DNA of 63,989 bases, counting the filler, from Choristocarpus tenellus KU-1152 (lineage: Eukaryota; Protista; Phaeophyceae): NCBI GenBank assembly GCA_964200185.2. It is 12 parts of 12 records of this genome, joined end to end, with 100 filler letters (N's around TTAATTAATTAA, not from the genome) between each part and the next. Parts side by side here need not be neighbours in the genome. Positions count along the whole stretch, not along the records: positions 1 to 11,038 come from CAXNAD020002550.1; positions 11,139 to 23,305 come from CAXNAD020001942.1; 10 more parts are not named here. The stretch is one strand, 5' to 3'. The first letter of the stretch is position 1; each line of letters starts with the position of its first letter. Below the pieces are notes generated by a model, which worked only from the letters and a program-made list of their open reading frames with translations, did no database searches and was not told the origin of the DNA. The translations under genes were made by a program, and so were the position numbers. Of this stretch, positions 1-18,400 are shown one piece after another.

Positions 1-324
1 TAGAGACAATGCGATGGCAACATGGTGTGCCCATTTTTTTTTGTGAAAAAAAAAAGAACAGGCGAGGTAGAAACCACACTTGCGTCCTTTTGAGTAGTCA
101 TTAATTTCGGCCGGCTCTTGCACCCCTTTCAAGTAGATTGGTTTTGAGCTTGCTCAACCTTTTGTTAGTGTGCAAGTCTCCCAGCACTGTGCCATTATTG
201 CAAGCAAGCCATTTAAAGAATCAACCATAGTTTCGTATTTACAAATCATGTGTGGCACTAGAGATACATTGAAACATCGCTTAAGCCCCTGGAGTGTATG
301 GAGACACAAAGTACTTGAAGTGTA

Positions 325-587
325 GAGTCAAAGTAACCCACCTAGAGGTACTAAGACTTGCATTTTAAGGATGCTAACAAATATTTGTAATATTCGACTT
401 TTTTTCCAATGTGTAATAGGATATATCCTGAATTATGTTGAAAAAGCTCAAACAACAGAGAAATGAACGCTCTCAACTTAAACTTAGATCTTCATCGTTA
501 GAAATATGGGCAATTTGATAAAGATTGAAAACCAGACGTAAAATGCAAAATGGCCAAAAGCTGGATACCTCTCCCTTACTTTGGCCC
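325..587 (+). mobile_element. MITE family B copy (non-autonomous TIR element, Sola2-like termini)
   Basis: Starts GAGTCAAAGTAA..AGAGGTA and ends GATACCTCTCCCTTACTTTGGCCC. Its internal sequence is colinear with 16674-16924. It directly abuts a family A copy. Confidence 0.65.
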
Positions 588-591
588 TAAA

Positions 592-850
592 GAGTCAAAG
601 TATCTTAGAGAATAGAGCTGCGTCTGTTTGGGGGAAAAAATCCAACGTTCCGATTTTGATGTAATTTGGGGTATTTTGTTTGTTAGGAAGTGTCAATATC
701 CTTGTTCCGGACACGCCTTTTCATAGCATATACATTTTACCCACTCTGAAATGTTTCGGAGTAGGAAAAATGTCATAAAAAACCCGTGGGAAGACAAGCC
801 CCAAATGGACAAACAGGGCAAAACTCGCACCCTCTAAGATACTTTCACTT
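592..850 (+). mobile_element. MITE family A copy
   Basis: TIRs GAGTCAAAGTATCTTAGAG / CTCTAAGATACTTTCACT. Flanked by TAAA (588-591) and TAAA (851-854), a 4-bp TSD. Confidence 0.9.
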
Positions 851-1244
851 TAAAAGAAAAAAATATTGTACCATCCCATGTGAATACAGCGATGTCTCGA
901 AACAGAACACTTCTACCCCTCTATACTGTTAACTACTTACATGAGCAATAACATTAATAGAATGCCCTGGAGGAGATTAAGTAACACAAGTATGCATTGG
1001 CATCAGATACAATTTCTGGAATACTTGCTACAATGACATGTGTCAGAATATCTGAGTGTGCAGAAGGCTGCTCCCCGACCCTATTTTCATGTTACTGGTT
1101 GAGAATCCTTAGGGGGTATTGTGTGAAGAGATCTTTGTTGTTAGATGAATAGTTGAACCGCTACATTAAAATAAACAATCAGAATTGACTCAAGAACACA
1201 ACGCATTTGTTCCAAAAATCGGCCAAATATCGGTCAACTGACAG

Positions 1245-1958
1245 GCGAAGTTGGCTGCAGATTTCGAAAAGATTACCAGCTTGGCACGTCACGGGAGGTA
1301 TGATGATATGGAGACATACATGAAGCAGGACGACTGGAACATGTCAATCGACTACGAGGACGAACATGGCATTACAATCCTGCATGTAGCGGCCCAAAAT
1401 GGCAATAAACGCATAGTCAAACTGTGCCTACGCAAGGGAGCAGATATCAACAAGCGCAATCACAATGGCCAGGTGAGTTTATACCATTGTCGGAAAGTCA
1501 GATTGAGACAAGTACCTGCATAGAGGAAGAATCACAACACCCAGTCCAGGATTTGTGGCTCAAACTGTGATGGAATCCATCAAGTTACATCCATTGTCTT
1601 GCTAGGCAAATGCTCTACAATACGCTGGATTCTTCTTCATGCAGGTGATCACTAGCAGTGGTCCATAGTTAGTCTATTCTGGGGGATTTGCTGCACCTAC
1701 CCAAGTTTAACTATGTCTCTCTTACTGCTGGTGCAACGGCCCACAGTTCCTAGTTAATAGTTGAGTCTTGAAGTTGACCCCACGTCATCTGTAACTGCCC
1801 TTGGTTCTCCTCAGACTGCCCTGCACTATGCATACGGCTATGGTTTTGAGAGCTTAGGTGAATACCTGGTCTCAAAGGGTGCTGATGATACAATCACCAA
1901 TGCTGATGGGCTCACCTGCTACGAGGGACTCAACAAGGATGACCTCAATAGACTCTAG
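1245..1958 (+). CDS. Ankyrin-repeat protein, last two exons (5' part outside window or not found)
   Basis: Exons 1245-1472 and 1815-1958 with AG/GT sites in phase 0. Ankyrin motifs GITILHVAAQNGNKRIVKLCLRKGADIN and GQ|TALHYAYGYGF..LVSKGAD. Stop at 1956-1958. Confidence 0.9.
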
Positions 1959-3125
1959 TACCATGTAGACGATAGGAGTTGACAAGGAACCGATCCAAGA
2001 TACTTCAAACTACTTCATATTTGTTTAGACATGGGGAATTTGACTTTGCTCACGATTGGGTAGAGGACTGGGGTGGACTCTGTTTACCTCTACAAAACAC
2101 TTGAGAATCGGGTAGACCGCTAGAGCTCTAGGATCCATCTCACGCATCCCCAGGTGACTTGATGGAATATTGCTTCCATTCACCACTCACTCTGTAAGGA
2201 AAGGAGACACTAGTCAACATGTCAGGCTTTTTCATTGTGGCTTCAGCACACTGTTTGTAGTTGCGGAGTATAGGCAACTCAGATCAAGAAAAGGATAAAA
2301 ACCACACAGATAGAAAATAATTGTGTTGCCTTGCTTGTACTGTATTCAGTAGTAATTTTCTGGACAAGGAAGAGGATTTCACTTTGCCGGTTGTATTATC
2401 TCCTTGACATGAGGTGCACTGCAGCCAAGGAAATGTCGAAAGGGTGTCACTAACAATGATGAGGCACTGAGAGACACCTTGAAGGTACACCCCTTGCTGG
2501 CAGGTGATTACCTGCAAGATAATGCACATCAGCTTCACCCCCCTTCAGAGGGGGAAGACACCCTGCTCCTACCACTGAACTGGGTTTTATTGTTTCCACT
2601 GGAGACCACTGATGATGATTATGATGCCCAAGGTGTATTATTGTTTATTTCCAGATAGTTTCCTAGTACCACAGAAGACATACCCGCTGCCTTGAAATAT
2701 AAAATGCCGTTCAAAATCTTACTGCTCTCTCCTCCCTTCTTGTTTTGCACCCTCCCACACCTCAACCTAACAGCAAGCCGTTAGCTGTACAACATCTGAC
2801 ATTTGTAGCAGCAGCACACAAGTCTCTATCCTTGACCATAGACTTACACAACATCCACAACACCACACCCAGTAACACCATGAGCTGTGTCTCATCCACC
2901 AATGCTCCTACCGCTCTTCATAACTCCTAACCATACAGTGCCACCTGTTTTGGTGGCAAAGCAGAAAGTCCGTTCCCTCTTGAACAAACACACATCTATG
3001 ATGCCCAGACAGCTATGTACCGACCCACTCCTACACTGGCAGTCACCTCAATTCCTCTCTTTCTTACATTTGGCTACTATGCACCTAAGGTCATGTGAAG
3101 AAATCTGGCAAAGCTAGGTACAAAG

Positions 3126-8246
<5,121 letters not shown>

Positions 8247-8856
8247 TGGGTACACGACGCTGTAAATCGTTTTTAGCTCCAAGATGGAAACTGCGAGAAT
8301 GAAGACTTGCTAGAGAAGCGTGGTTGCATTCGTTTTTTAAGTTGCAACAATGCTCCCAGATCAAAACTTAATCCTCTGAGTGTGTGGTTGCCTTCAATCA
8401 GTACCTTCGATATGTTGCGGTGAAGAGCTTTCAACATCACGCGATGTCCACCAAACAAGATTCCCACCCTCCTAAGGACTGGATGAGATCTCTAGTAGCA
8501 GGAAAGCAGTACAACAAACTTTGCCAGGTTGAAGATTCTCAAGGGTCGATTCAAGTAAGCGTGGATAGGTCCAGGACAACAAATTGCTCAGATCTTAATG
8601 AGGTTATAGTCTTGTTGTTAAGAGGTGTGGTTTGAAGAGGTAGAGCTCCTATGCTGATTTGAGGTTTCTATGTGAAGTTGTATTTTAATCACGTTCCCAG
8701 GTTCCCGTTCAATTGCAATGGCGTTACGAGATATAGTCGTACAGTTTCAAATATTTCATCAAATCATTATCATCTAAGATGGAACAAAGAAGAAATTAAA
8801 ATTTGGGATATTTGTTTAATGACCTCCACTGATGCAGGAGATAGATGCACTCTTCC

Positions 8857-8929
8857 TTCGACTGGCGGGATTAGAACCCGCAACCGAGAGCTCGTAAGAC
8901 TCACAATCTGCCGATTGATATACGGGCGA
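8857..8929 (-). pseudogene. Degenerate tRNA-Val(TAC)-like sequence (pseudo-tRNA or tRNA-derived SINE head)
   Basis: Reverse complement folds into a 73-nt cloverleaf: T-stem GCGGG/CCCGC, loop TTCTAAT, anticodon loop CTTACGA, D-loop with GG. The acceptor stem has 2 mismatches and no oligo-T terminator follows. Confidence 0.55.
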
Positions 8930-10258
8930 CCAACTAGTATCTTTGGAGGCCAAAATATGTTTTGTTTATGCTTGCTTCAGATCAGATGTGTATAGTGGTT
9001 TGTAGCATGTTTTTTTCATGTTCAGACTTCTGATTGAATTTTGGTGGAGAATGTATGGTTCATACAGTGAAAAATTGGAAGCATTTCAGAACGTTGGATA
9101 GAATGAGTGCGGTGCATGCTGTAGAGGACGCTCACCCTTGCCATAAACAGGAACAAAGCAGGGAGGCTGTGTCCCCCCATCATGGGGATGTTCCTTTGTT
9201 TGTTTATCGTCAATATTCCGGTCAGAACATTGTGCTTATCGTAGTAGACATTATTATAAATAATAGGTTTACATAACCTTAGGGATATCCCGACCTATGG
9301 TCACATACTATCGTAACCAACAGTTACACTATGGTGAATGCACTGCCTCTATTTGTGTCTAGTTCCATCCCTACTTGTTTGTGATGTAGAGACGGGATGG
9401 AGGGTTTTCATAATATAGCTAAGGTGTTTGCATCATTTGGTGTTTGGTGCATATCGTCCCTGACAGGACCCATGCTCACTCCTTAAACAAATAACAGAGC
9501 TGTAAGCCCCAACGTGGGGTGGAGTCCCTTACAAGCTATCATAGATAAGTTCCTATGGTCGAAATGTCTGCGGTACCTAGTTCCACGGCCGCTGGGTTTG
9601 GTCATCCCACCACTCTTCTCTTCCCCCTCCCTCACTCACATCTTGTGCTGTACCCGCCTTGACCCTGCTCCGCAATGCTATGAATATATATACATACTGC
9701 ACAACAAAATATTAAAGTAACTGTTCTTCTAAACTATTATCAGTACTCCGTACAAAAATGCGTTCAACTGAAAGGCTCCCTTGCTTATCAATCGCCACCA
9801 GTAGTTGGTGGCAACTCAACAAAACCAGCCCAATAAAACTCTTGTCGTTGGGATCATCGCTTTTTGTGAGTTGAATTAATGTGCAGGAACCCCACAATAA
9901 TTTGCGATTTTCATTTTGTCCAATCGAATTTTCGCAAATGCTATTGCACCGATAATGCACTGTCCTACAGTGATCTCCTTGTGAAGACCAGGTATGAGAG
10001 AAGTATCCTATTCACAGATCTCGACAACATTACAAAAATTAGATACCTATTTACAGGTTGAGTTGCATGCATGGTGAATGGGCGAATTCCCAAGGTTTTG
10101 TGTTCATGGAACTTGCAGATGGAAAGGAAAAAATGTAGATAGGAGAACTGGTGGATATGCCTCCAAGATGACTGCGAGAAGTATGGCAACATTGTTGAGG
10201 GATGGAACACAGGGCAACCAACCACCGGAGGTGGGATGAGTGTGTGGTTGGGGGCACA

Positions 10259-10516
10259 TAGTGAAAGTATCTGAGAGGGTACGAGTTTTGTTCTATTTGT
10301 CCGTTTGGGGCTTGGCTTCCCTCGGGGTTTTTCTGACATTGTCCTACTCCAAAATGGTTCAGAGTAGGTAAAATGTGTACGTTATGAAAAGGGGTGTTTA
10401 GAATAAGGATGTTGACACTTCCTAACAAACACGATAGCCAAAATTATAGTGAAATCGCAACACTGGATTTTGGCCCCCAAATGGACGCGGATCTACCCTC
10501 TAAGATACTTTGGCTC
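10259..10516 (-). mobile_element. MITE family A copy
   Basis: Nearly identical, as a reverse complement, to the copy at 47370-47627. Flanks share ACA. Confidence 0.9.
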
Positions 10517-11038
10517 ACAAGGAGTTTCATAGCAGAGTGGCATCCAAGGAAAGGAAGCTATAGTAGCTGATGTGTGTCAGACAAAACCATCAGGTAACAC
10601 AGGCCAAGCGACCAATACCAACATCACTACTGTCGACTGAATCCTATCTTCTGAAAACAAAATTTGGTTGGTCTATCTTTTGTCCTATTTTCGGTACGGC
10701 TTCAGTTTGGTTGACGATAGCATTGAGTGCTCCTCGTTGCTCTTGCAGATACCCTATGTTCTTTCTCCTCCTTTTTTTTTCTTGTGTTCTTTCTTTTTGT
10801 CTGTTTACTCTGTTTTCTTACATATAGTAGGAGAATATTGTAATCTCTAAGTGTAGAATTGAAGGGATCAACACGTGATTTTTCAAAAATTGTGCTTAGA
10901 TTCTGAAGATATTTGTGGTAGTTAACCTAGATTTGGTTCATATTCTATCGAAGGAGTTAGAATACAGTGTGTGATACTCACTCTACTACTGCTGTGATGC
11001 CCACCTCCCCCCCCCCCCCGGCTACTCCAGGATTGGTT

Positions 11039-11138
11039 NNNNNNNNNNNNNNNNNNNNNNNNNNNNNNNNNNNNNNNNNNNNTTAATTAATTAANNNNNN
11101 NNNNNNNNNNNNNNNNNNNNNNNNNNNNNNNNNNNNNN
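11039..11138. other. Artificial contig linker N44-TTAATTAATTAA-N44 (also 23306-23405, 28036-28135, 30841-30940, 33536-33635, 39996-40095, 43800-43899, 47857-47956, 52462-52561, 57824-57923, 61133-61232)
   Basis: Eleven identical 100-bp spacers with stop codons in all frames. Confidence 0.98.
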
Positions 11139-11336
11139 ACCCTTCTCACCTACTTGAATCATCAGCAGTACCCTTCTCACCTACTTGAATCATCAGCAGT
11201 ACCCTTTTCACCTACTTGAATCATCAGCAGTACCCTTCTCACCTACTTGAATCATCAGCAGTACCCTTTTCACCTACTTGAATCATCAGCAGTACCCTTT
11301 TCACCTACTTGAATCATCAGCAGTACCCTTTTCACC
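11139..11336. repeat. 31-bp minisatellite, about 6 copies (truncated by contig start)
   Basis: Unit ACCCTT(C/T)TCACCTACTTGAATCATCAGCAGT repeated head-to-tail with no spacers. Confidence 0.95.
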
Positions 11337-11749
11337 CAAGAGAAGTCAGCATTTCTCTTCGCACTCCACTAGGTTATGGAAATGGGTTATGGAAATGGGT
11401 TATGGAAATGTTGCGGTTTCTCCTTTTTCCTCTGTGCAGCTGCAAGGAGTGAGATGTAATTTTTTTTGTGGTGCACAGAGGGACTAGCGATGCACACCAG
11501 TAGTTTCATTCTGTTATTTTCATTCTGATCCATTCGTGTGCAAATGGCCCTAACCCTAACCGAAATTCTTCAGAGGTGCATGCAAGAGGCCAAACCTCGA
11601 ATTACACCACTGCATACAGATTGCATACTAATTACACCACTGCATAAGTGCATATTTCTTGAAGGAGGATGCTCCACATGGAAAGACTTGTGCTTTATGT
11701 GTCTCATGTATGTGCTGCATTCAGTGTCCATTTATGTGCTCACATATAT

Positions 11750-12057
11750 CAACATTCTTATACCTGTACCCTATTTTGACAACATTCTTACACTGCACGT
11801 CCGATACCTGTACCCTATTCTGACAACATTCTTACACTGCACGTCTGATACCTGTACCCTATTCTGACAACATTCTTACACTGCCCGTCCAATACCTGTA
11901 CCCTAGTCTGACAACATTCTTACACTGCACATCCGATACCTGTACCCTATTCTGACAACATTCTTACACTACACATCCGATACCTGTACCCTATTCTGAC
12001 AACATTCTTACACTGCACGTCCGATACCTGTACCCTATTCTGACAACATTCTTACAC
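11750..12057. repeat. 44-bp minisatellite, about 7 copies
   Basis: Unit ACAACATTCTTACACTGCACGTCCGATACCTGTACCCTATTCTG, with starts at 11779, 11823 and so on. Confidence 0.95.
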
Positions 12058-12401
12058 CAGTTTCAAACATTCCCCCCAGAAAATGTCACTGAATAGTAAT
12101 AGGTTTTCAATTTTGCTTTCAACTTGGGGGCAGAGTTTCAGGCTGATCAAGTCTCAATGCAGAAACAAAAAATAGCTGAGACGACTGTTGTCAACAGCAG
12201 ATCTTTACACACTTTGTTTCTCACACTAGGGTACAGTGCTGTCGTGTTCTTGATAATAAACTTATCCAATGAATCACCACTTCACATCCCTACTCTGCTT
12301 CACCGTGTTCAAGTTCTATCCACACATATTACACCAAGACTCATGAAATGTGTTATAGTTGAACCTCATCAGCGCCTTTACCACATTGCATCCACTGCAA
12401 G

Positions 12402-15400
12402 GTTGGAGAAGGAGGTGGCCATCAGCCATCGCCTCGAAGACAAGGTTGTTGCAATGGGTAGGACAATGCTGCGTACAGTGGAGAGTCACAAGCAAATTGA
12501 ATCCACGGTCAGTTGTTCATTAACATGTTTGCAATTGGTTCGAAATTTTAGAAGCAATATGATACAAAGATCATGCCGGGTATAGGGAAAGAAAACAAAA
12601 AAAAATCAGGCAGTATTTCGCTTCAGTTTATTTTATTTTTTTCCGTGTCCCTTGCAGCTCCAGTAGCCATTTTAAGTCTAAGCAGCAGAAAACAACTCTA
12701 CAATTTGTTATGACCATGAAATATACAGAGTATCACACTTTGCATATTGGACTGAAATTTGGCCTTGTCATCTTGTTTCGGTTTCATGCTGAGTCAAAGT
12801 ATCTTAGAGGGTGGAGCCACGTCCATTTGTGGACCAAATCCAATGTTGATATCATGATGCAATTTTGGTTATGGTGTTTGTTTGGAAGTGTCAATACCCT
12901 TGTCTCGAACACACGTTTTTGTAACGTATACATTTTACCTACTCCAAACATTCAGACCAGGTAAAATGTCATTGAAACCAGTGGGAAGCAAAGCCCCAAA
13001 TGGACAAACAGGGCAAAACTCGTAGCCTCTAAGATACTTCCACTCTGCTCTTTTGTGGTATAGCAATAGACAAGATAGTTTTACGGTTCAAATCCGGTTG
13101 ATGACCATGTGCCAGGCACAACAGACTACACCCGTACTATCCAGCTGTTGCCAAACCACAAAGGCATACAAGACCTGGATCATTGTGGCAAGGTGCATTT
13201 GTTGCAGCCAGGCAAATACTGCATGGGAATCGAGAGAGGAGGCAGGGTGAAGAGGGGTGGGATGGCAGAACCTGAAGCTCCTGAAAATTTGCAAGGCATG
13301 CACGAAGGAGTCCATCTAGTTGTGGCACAACAGCTAGTTTGCTGTAAATTGAAGTAGTTGAAGCATGTAGGGGCCCTGGCCATGGATCAAGCCTAGGTAG
13401 GGCTGAGCTAGGTTCTTCATCCCATACCTAATTGAAGATGATAACAGTATAGGTGCACAATTGGTAGCATTTGCTGTGTGGACTATAAATCATCAAAACC
13501 AGAAATCATTGCAAATAAACCTGGCAAACAGTGAGGTTGCACCTATGCATACCTCCGAAGGAATGTGGGCCTGTAACAGCTGAGCTACGAGGATTCTGAA
13601 CATTAGCTCAACAGCGCCCTGTATGACTCGTTCAATGCCTTTGCAGCTTAGGGTTAGGGCTAACCCTAACCCTAAATACCTTTGCAGCTTCATTGCCGAG
13701 ACGAAGATGTGAAACGATTGGAATTACGGTTAGAGGAGGCTCAACAGCGGGAACTACACATTGAGAAACAGGCAAGCCTGGTGTGCCTGTAGCTTGGTAC
13801 AGGGTTGGTGCAGTCCTCTAGGCCTTGGTACAGGTGACAAAAATGTGCTTCCAGCCAATTGAGAAGGTGCCTTAGGTAGTCAAGCTGATAGGACAGGGTT
13901 GGGACAGTTTTTATTATACTGCCTGCTATTTGGGAGATGGCAAAGACCATCCAACATTTTTTTTTCACATACTATTTAGAACATGAACTACCTTAGCACT
14001 CGAATGCACTTGACTACACTTGTAACTGAGTGTGTAGGATTATGTTTCCTTAATCTCTAGGTGATCCGACTGAGATCAAATGCTGATTTGGAAGGAACCC
14101 AAAAGCGCCTGCACAAGGTCATAGAGACTTTCAACGAGCAAATGATTCCAGGCACAGCTCGTTTAGGAAATAGTAAAAAGTCAACTGATCCCTGCCAGAA
14201 GCCTTACTGCTCAGGTGGGTCAGTTTCTCGAAATGAAAAAGGTGAAGGATCTACACATTGCTGTAAGTGAGCAAATTAAATAAGAAAAATAATACAAAGA
14301 CAGGGCAGCAGGTCAGTTGAAATCGGGTCTGTAAGTGTTGATGATCTCATATACAACAGACCACAATGCATCACACCACACTGCCACTTTATGCACCTTT
14401 TCCTGTATCCGGATTGGTGCTGGTTGTGGATCAGACTATGTTCCATTCTAGGTACATCCAGTTGCTTCATTTTTTCCCTATTGTTGACAGTAGTTTACAA
14501 CTAGTGTCATCTACTAGATTGCAGACTGATTCTATAAAAGCAGATCATCCCCATGTCAGTGAACAATGCATCCATCAACCCACCCTCAGGAAAATACTAC
14601 GCTGCACTGTCTGATAGGAACTTTATTGCTATATGCTGGAGTACATCATGGGTGGGGAATTTTGTTGTGTTTATTATACCGTGCAGCAGTAACTACTCCT
14701 TGAAATGCTCCGGATTCAGAACCATTCCAGATATCCACATCATGCTATGCTTTCAAACGTACATACTTCTCATATTGAACAGATGTGGTGGTCCCTTTCA
14801 AAACACACTCAACAGGCTCTCCTGCACGATCATCTTGTCTTACACACCACAGATTCTAACAAGGGAATTGAACTTGAGGCTTTGGTACCAAATGGGTTGG
14901 TTTGGTCAAGGGGACAGTTGCTCACAAGATACTTAGCGACAGCCTGTGCTGTGACAAGCAGCAACACCTTCAGGAGTTGCGAAGATGACAAGACTGAAGA
15001 TGACAAAACTGCTAAAGGAAATTATGGTGTGTCGACTTATGCCTGCTTTCCTGCTCCCAACAGTGAAGCCTTATCGATTGAATATGTTGTGCTTTCACTA
15101 AAGTGCATGTTGGGAAGCCATGCCCACCAAAGTAAGATTAGGTTATTGTGTAGTGTATGGGGATGATCAGTGAAGCATTTACCTCATAATTTCATTTGAC
15201 ACCGTCTTCGGGTGAGTGAATTCCGCCATTTCAACACTACATAATCAATTGAAGGTTTATGTGTTTTGTTCAGGTTATTGTATTGGGAACATTGCGCATG
15301 GATTGTCTTAGAATGTGGTTGTACCTTGTATAGTGTACTGTGGGAACCAGATAGAAAAGTAGAGTTGGAACAATGAGGGCTGGATTCTTACCTTTGACAT

Positions 15401-18400
15401 ACTCCATAGTACTTGATAGGTTGAGAGGGACAGGCAGCGATTTACCACCAACATAACAAGCATCTAGTAGGTAGAGGGCCCAGATGTTGAGAATGTCCAT
15501 CATCCATTCTAGAGTCCATTGAAGGGACACACAATACCAGTGCTAACCCTACCATCATGACCCATTCCACACAAGATTCACACTTTTCAATCATTCCAAA
15601 TGCAGCAACTTAATGCAGCAACTTTGTAATAACCAGACCAAACCGAATGCATAACTCACCAACTTACAGTGAAGATGAAGTTATAAATGGTACAAGCGCA
15701 GAAACTCCAGCTCATCTCCCAGTGCATGGTACAGTGCATTACCTTCCATACCCCTCTTACAGCAACAATAGCATACTGAAATGGACATCACTGTCTAGAT
15801 AGCTTATGAAATCTGCCAGTATTCCCACATTGCACGGACACTATGTAACTTCACCCGAAGAAATGAGTATCTCCCCTTCTCCCTCCGTATTTTTCTCAAG
15901 GGCAGGTCATACTCCATACCAACATAAGATCCACGGAATGGGGGTGAACTTTGTATTGTCTAGACTTCTGGACCTGAGTGAGTGTGGGCTGGGAGATGAA
16001 GACATGAGGGAAGTCTCAACAGCTCTAGCTGCATGTCCGCTATTGTCCCATGTCAACCTCAGGTAAGCTCCCATGATGTACATTCGCCTACCTCGGGAGT
16101 TCAACCACAACAACCCTAACCCTAACTCTTACGTCAATTTGACCGACAATCAACGACAGCTGGGTTAGATCCTAACCCCAGTTTCAACAGTAGGCTGACT
16201 GGACCGAGAAAAAAAGGTGTACTGATTTTTTTTTACTTGTATACAAAAACCTTTGTTCTGTCAGTCCATCAGACATGCAGACCCTTTTCAAACCAAAAAC
16301 ATTAAACTAACACCTGAGTTAACCCTACCCCCAACCCTCCTTTGCAGGCCACCCAACTTCTAGTTTGCTTCCTCAAATTCCAACTCTCCACCATCTTCAT
16401 CCAAGCTCAACTTCAAATTCAAGAGACGTCCTTGTAAACGCCCTGAGACTAGTTTTATAATGTAATCCCAATCTAATATGTAATCCCTTGGATATCTACC
16501 TTTTATTACACGGTGCAAAGTGCGTTGGTGTGGTGGCACTGAAGTCTACCGTTTGATCTTATTTTCTGCCATATCAAACCTCCCATGTCAAGTGCATCAC
16601 AGGGCAAGAGAGGCATACTATTGCATCCCAGTATTTTGACAAACGGGCAAGCGTAAGATTAGTTAAAGGTAGATAGTCAAAGTAAAGGAGAGGTACCCCG
16701 AGTTGAATCTTAAGGATGCCAACAGATATTTGTGCAAAAATAGGCTTTTTGGCAAATAGTTCAATGATATTTTCTGTATTGTGCCGGAAAGGTTTCAAGC
16801 AATAGAGAAATAAACTTAGAACTTACCCATAGAACTACGAGTGCAAAAGATTGAAAAAACAAACAAACTTACCCTTAGAATGCAAAAAGGTCAAAACCTG
16901 GGTATCTCTCATATACATTGGCTCAGAGTCAGCCCTACAGGTGGTAGCCATCTATGAAGGAAGTTTGCTCAGCCAATGCCTCACTGTCCTGTCTCCTCGT
17001 ATATTCCCCCCTCAGTTGCTCTCATGTTGTTTGGATCATTCTTTCTGGATCAAAGAGGTCGGTTTCATCCATTTGCCCGTCACTTAGTGGCATCTGAGCC
17101 TGCAAATCAAGACTCCTCCAGAGCCGTTTCAGGTTACGATAAACAAAAAACCCTTCTTCTTGCCACACGTCAGCCCTTGTAATGTCATGCTTTCTTGATC
17201 AAGTTTCCCACCTGGCGTTGAAGTTGACTCGGTCCCTTCTATCCATCATTCTGATATCCCTCATTCTGATATCCCTCATTCTGATGCTAGTCCTGTGTGA
17301 GGCACAGATGTGTAGTCAGTGTAACCACTGTGGTTCTATTGGTGCAATGAGTCTCCCCTCCAAGGCCTGGCAATATGTGCTAGGTACTCTGAGTACATAT
17401 ATTAACAGTTTATTGAGAGGTCTCCTTGAGAAATGTGCCTAAGGCGGTTAAAAACCACCTACAAGCACTCACTCCAGCATCCAAATTAATGTCTGCACTC
17501 AATGTCTCTTTTGCTGGGCATGACTAGAATGATATATACGCAAAATTTCATTCTCTCTTTATGACTTACCCTAAGCCAGAGTCAAGACCCCAACTTCATC
17601 TAGAAGCCTACTGAGCCCACCAAACACAAAAACAATCACAGGAAAAACAAGATCGGTGACAGCGGTGCAGCCATCCTTGCTGAGATATTTAGGACACCCA
17701 CTTGCCGAATTGTGCATTTGGACTTGCAGCACAACCAGGTGGAAATGATAGGGTATTTTTCATCTTATCATCTAGTGGGGAGTTTATTCATCAGGGCTTA
17801 CAACACCACCAAACTTTATAATTGAAAAGTCTTCTCATCATGCGGGTGATTGAAGCAGGGAGTGCAAAGTTGAATGGGGCATTATCACGACAAATGATGA
17901 TTCTTCCACTTATTCTACTCCATTCCTTGAGCTATCATCATATGGTCACCCAATATCAATCCACTCAAGAATATGGACCTGCATCAAAATTAACCCCATC
18001 CTATTTCTCAATCAAACTGAAAACACACGACCAGATATCAATGGCAGGTGTGCGAGAGATTGCTATTGCTCTTGAAGACAGCCCCACATTGGGGGCATCT
18101 CATGCATTTGTGCAAAGTATAGGACTTGTCAGTGCCATGGCTAACCCTAAGCCGCAAGCAAAAAAGGTGGGTACATTGCATTGCCCTTTAAAGGAGTTTG
18201 ACTAAACAAGAACTTGGAATGTGCCTCAAAGTACTACTGGACTCCCCACAAGGTACTTCCAACTAGAGTACTGGAGTGCCTCCTTCACTGGCTCCTTGAT
18301 TCTGTCGTATAAGTCTGTTTGTAGGACCTGAAAGTATTGCTCTTCCATGATTTCCAATCACGCTCCTTACAATATGGGCAGAATCCATGGTAGTGCTGCT

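Noticed and set aside
9090-10230. Exon-like segments on the + strand
   Set aside because: I could not join them in phase or recognise a product.
9965-10428. ORFs overlapping MITE copies (also 12710, 36583, 28535)
   Set aside because: They are translations of the non-coding repeat with no transposase motifs.
11039-11138. Recurring TTAATTAATTAA palindrome flanked by Ns
   Set aside because: Artificial linker. ORFs that run into it are artefacts.
11139-12057. 31-bp and 44-bp arrays as a possible CRISPR
   Set aside because: The units are contiguous with no unique spacers, there are no cas genes, and the context is eukaryotic.
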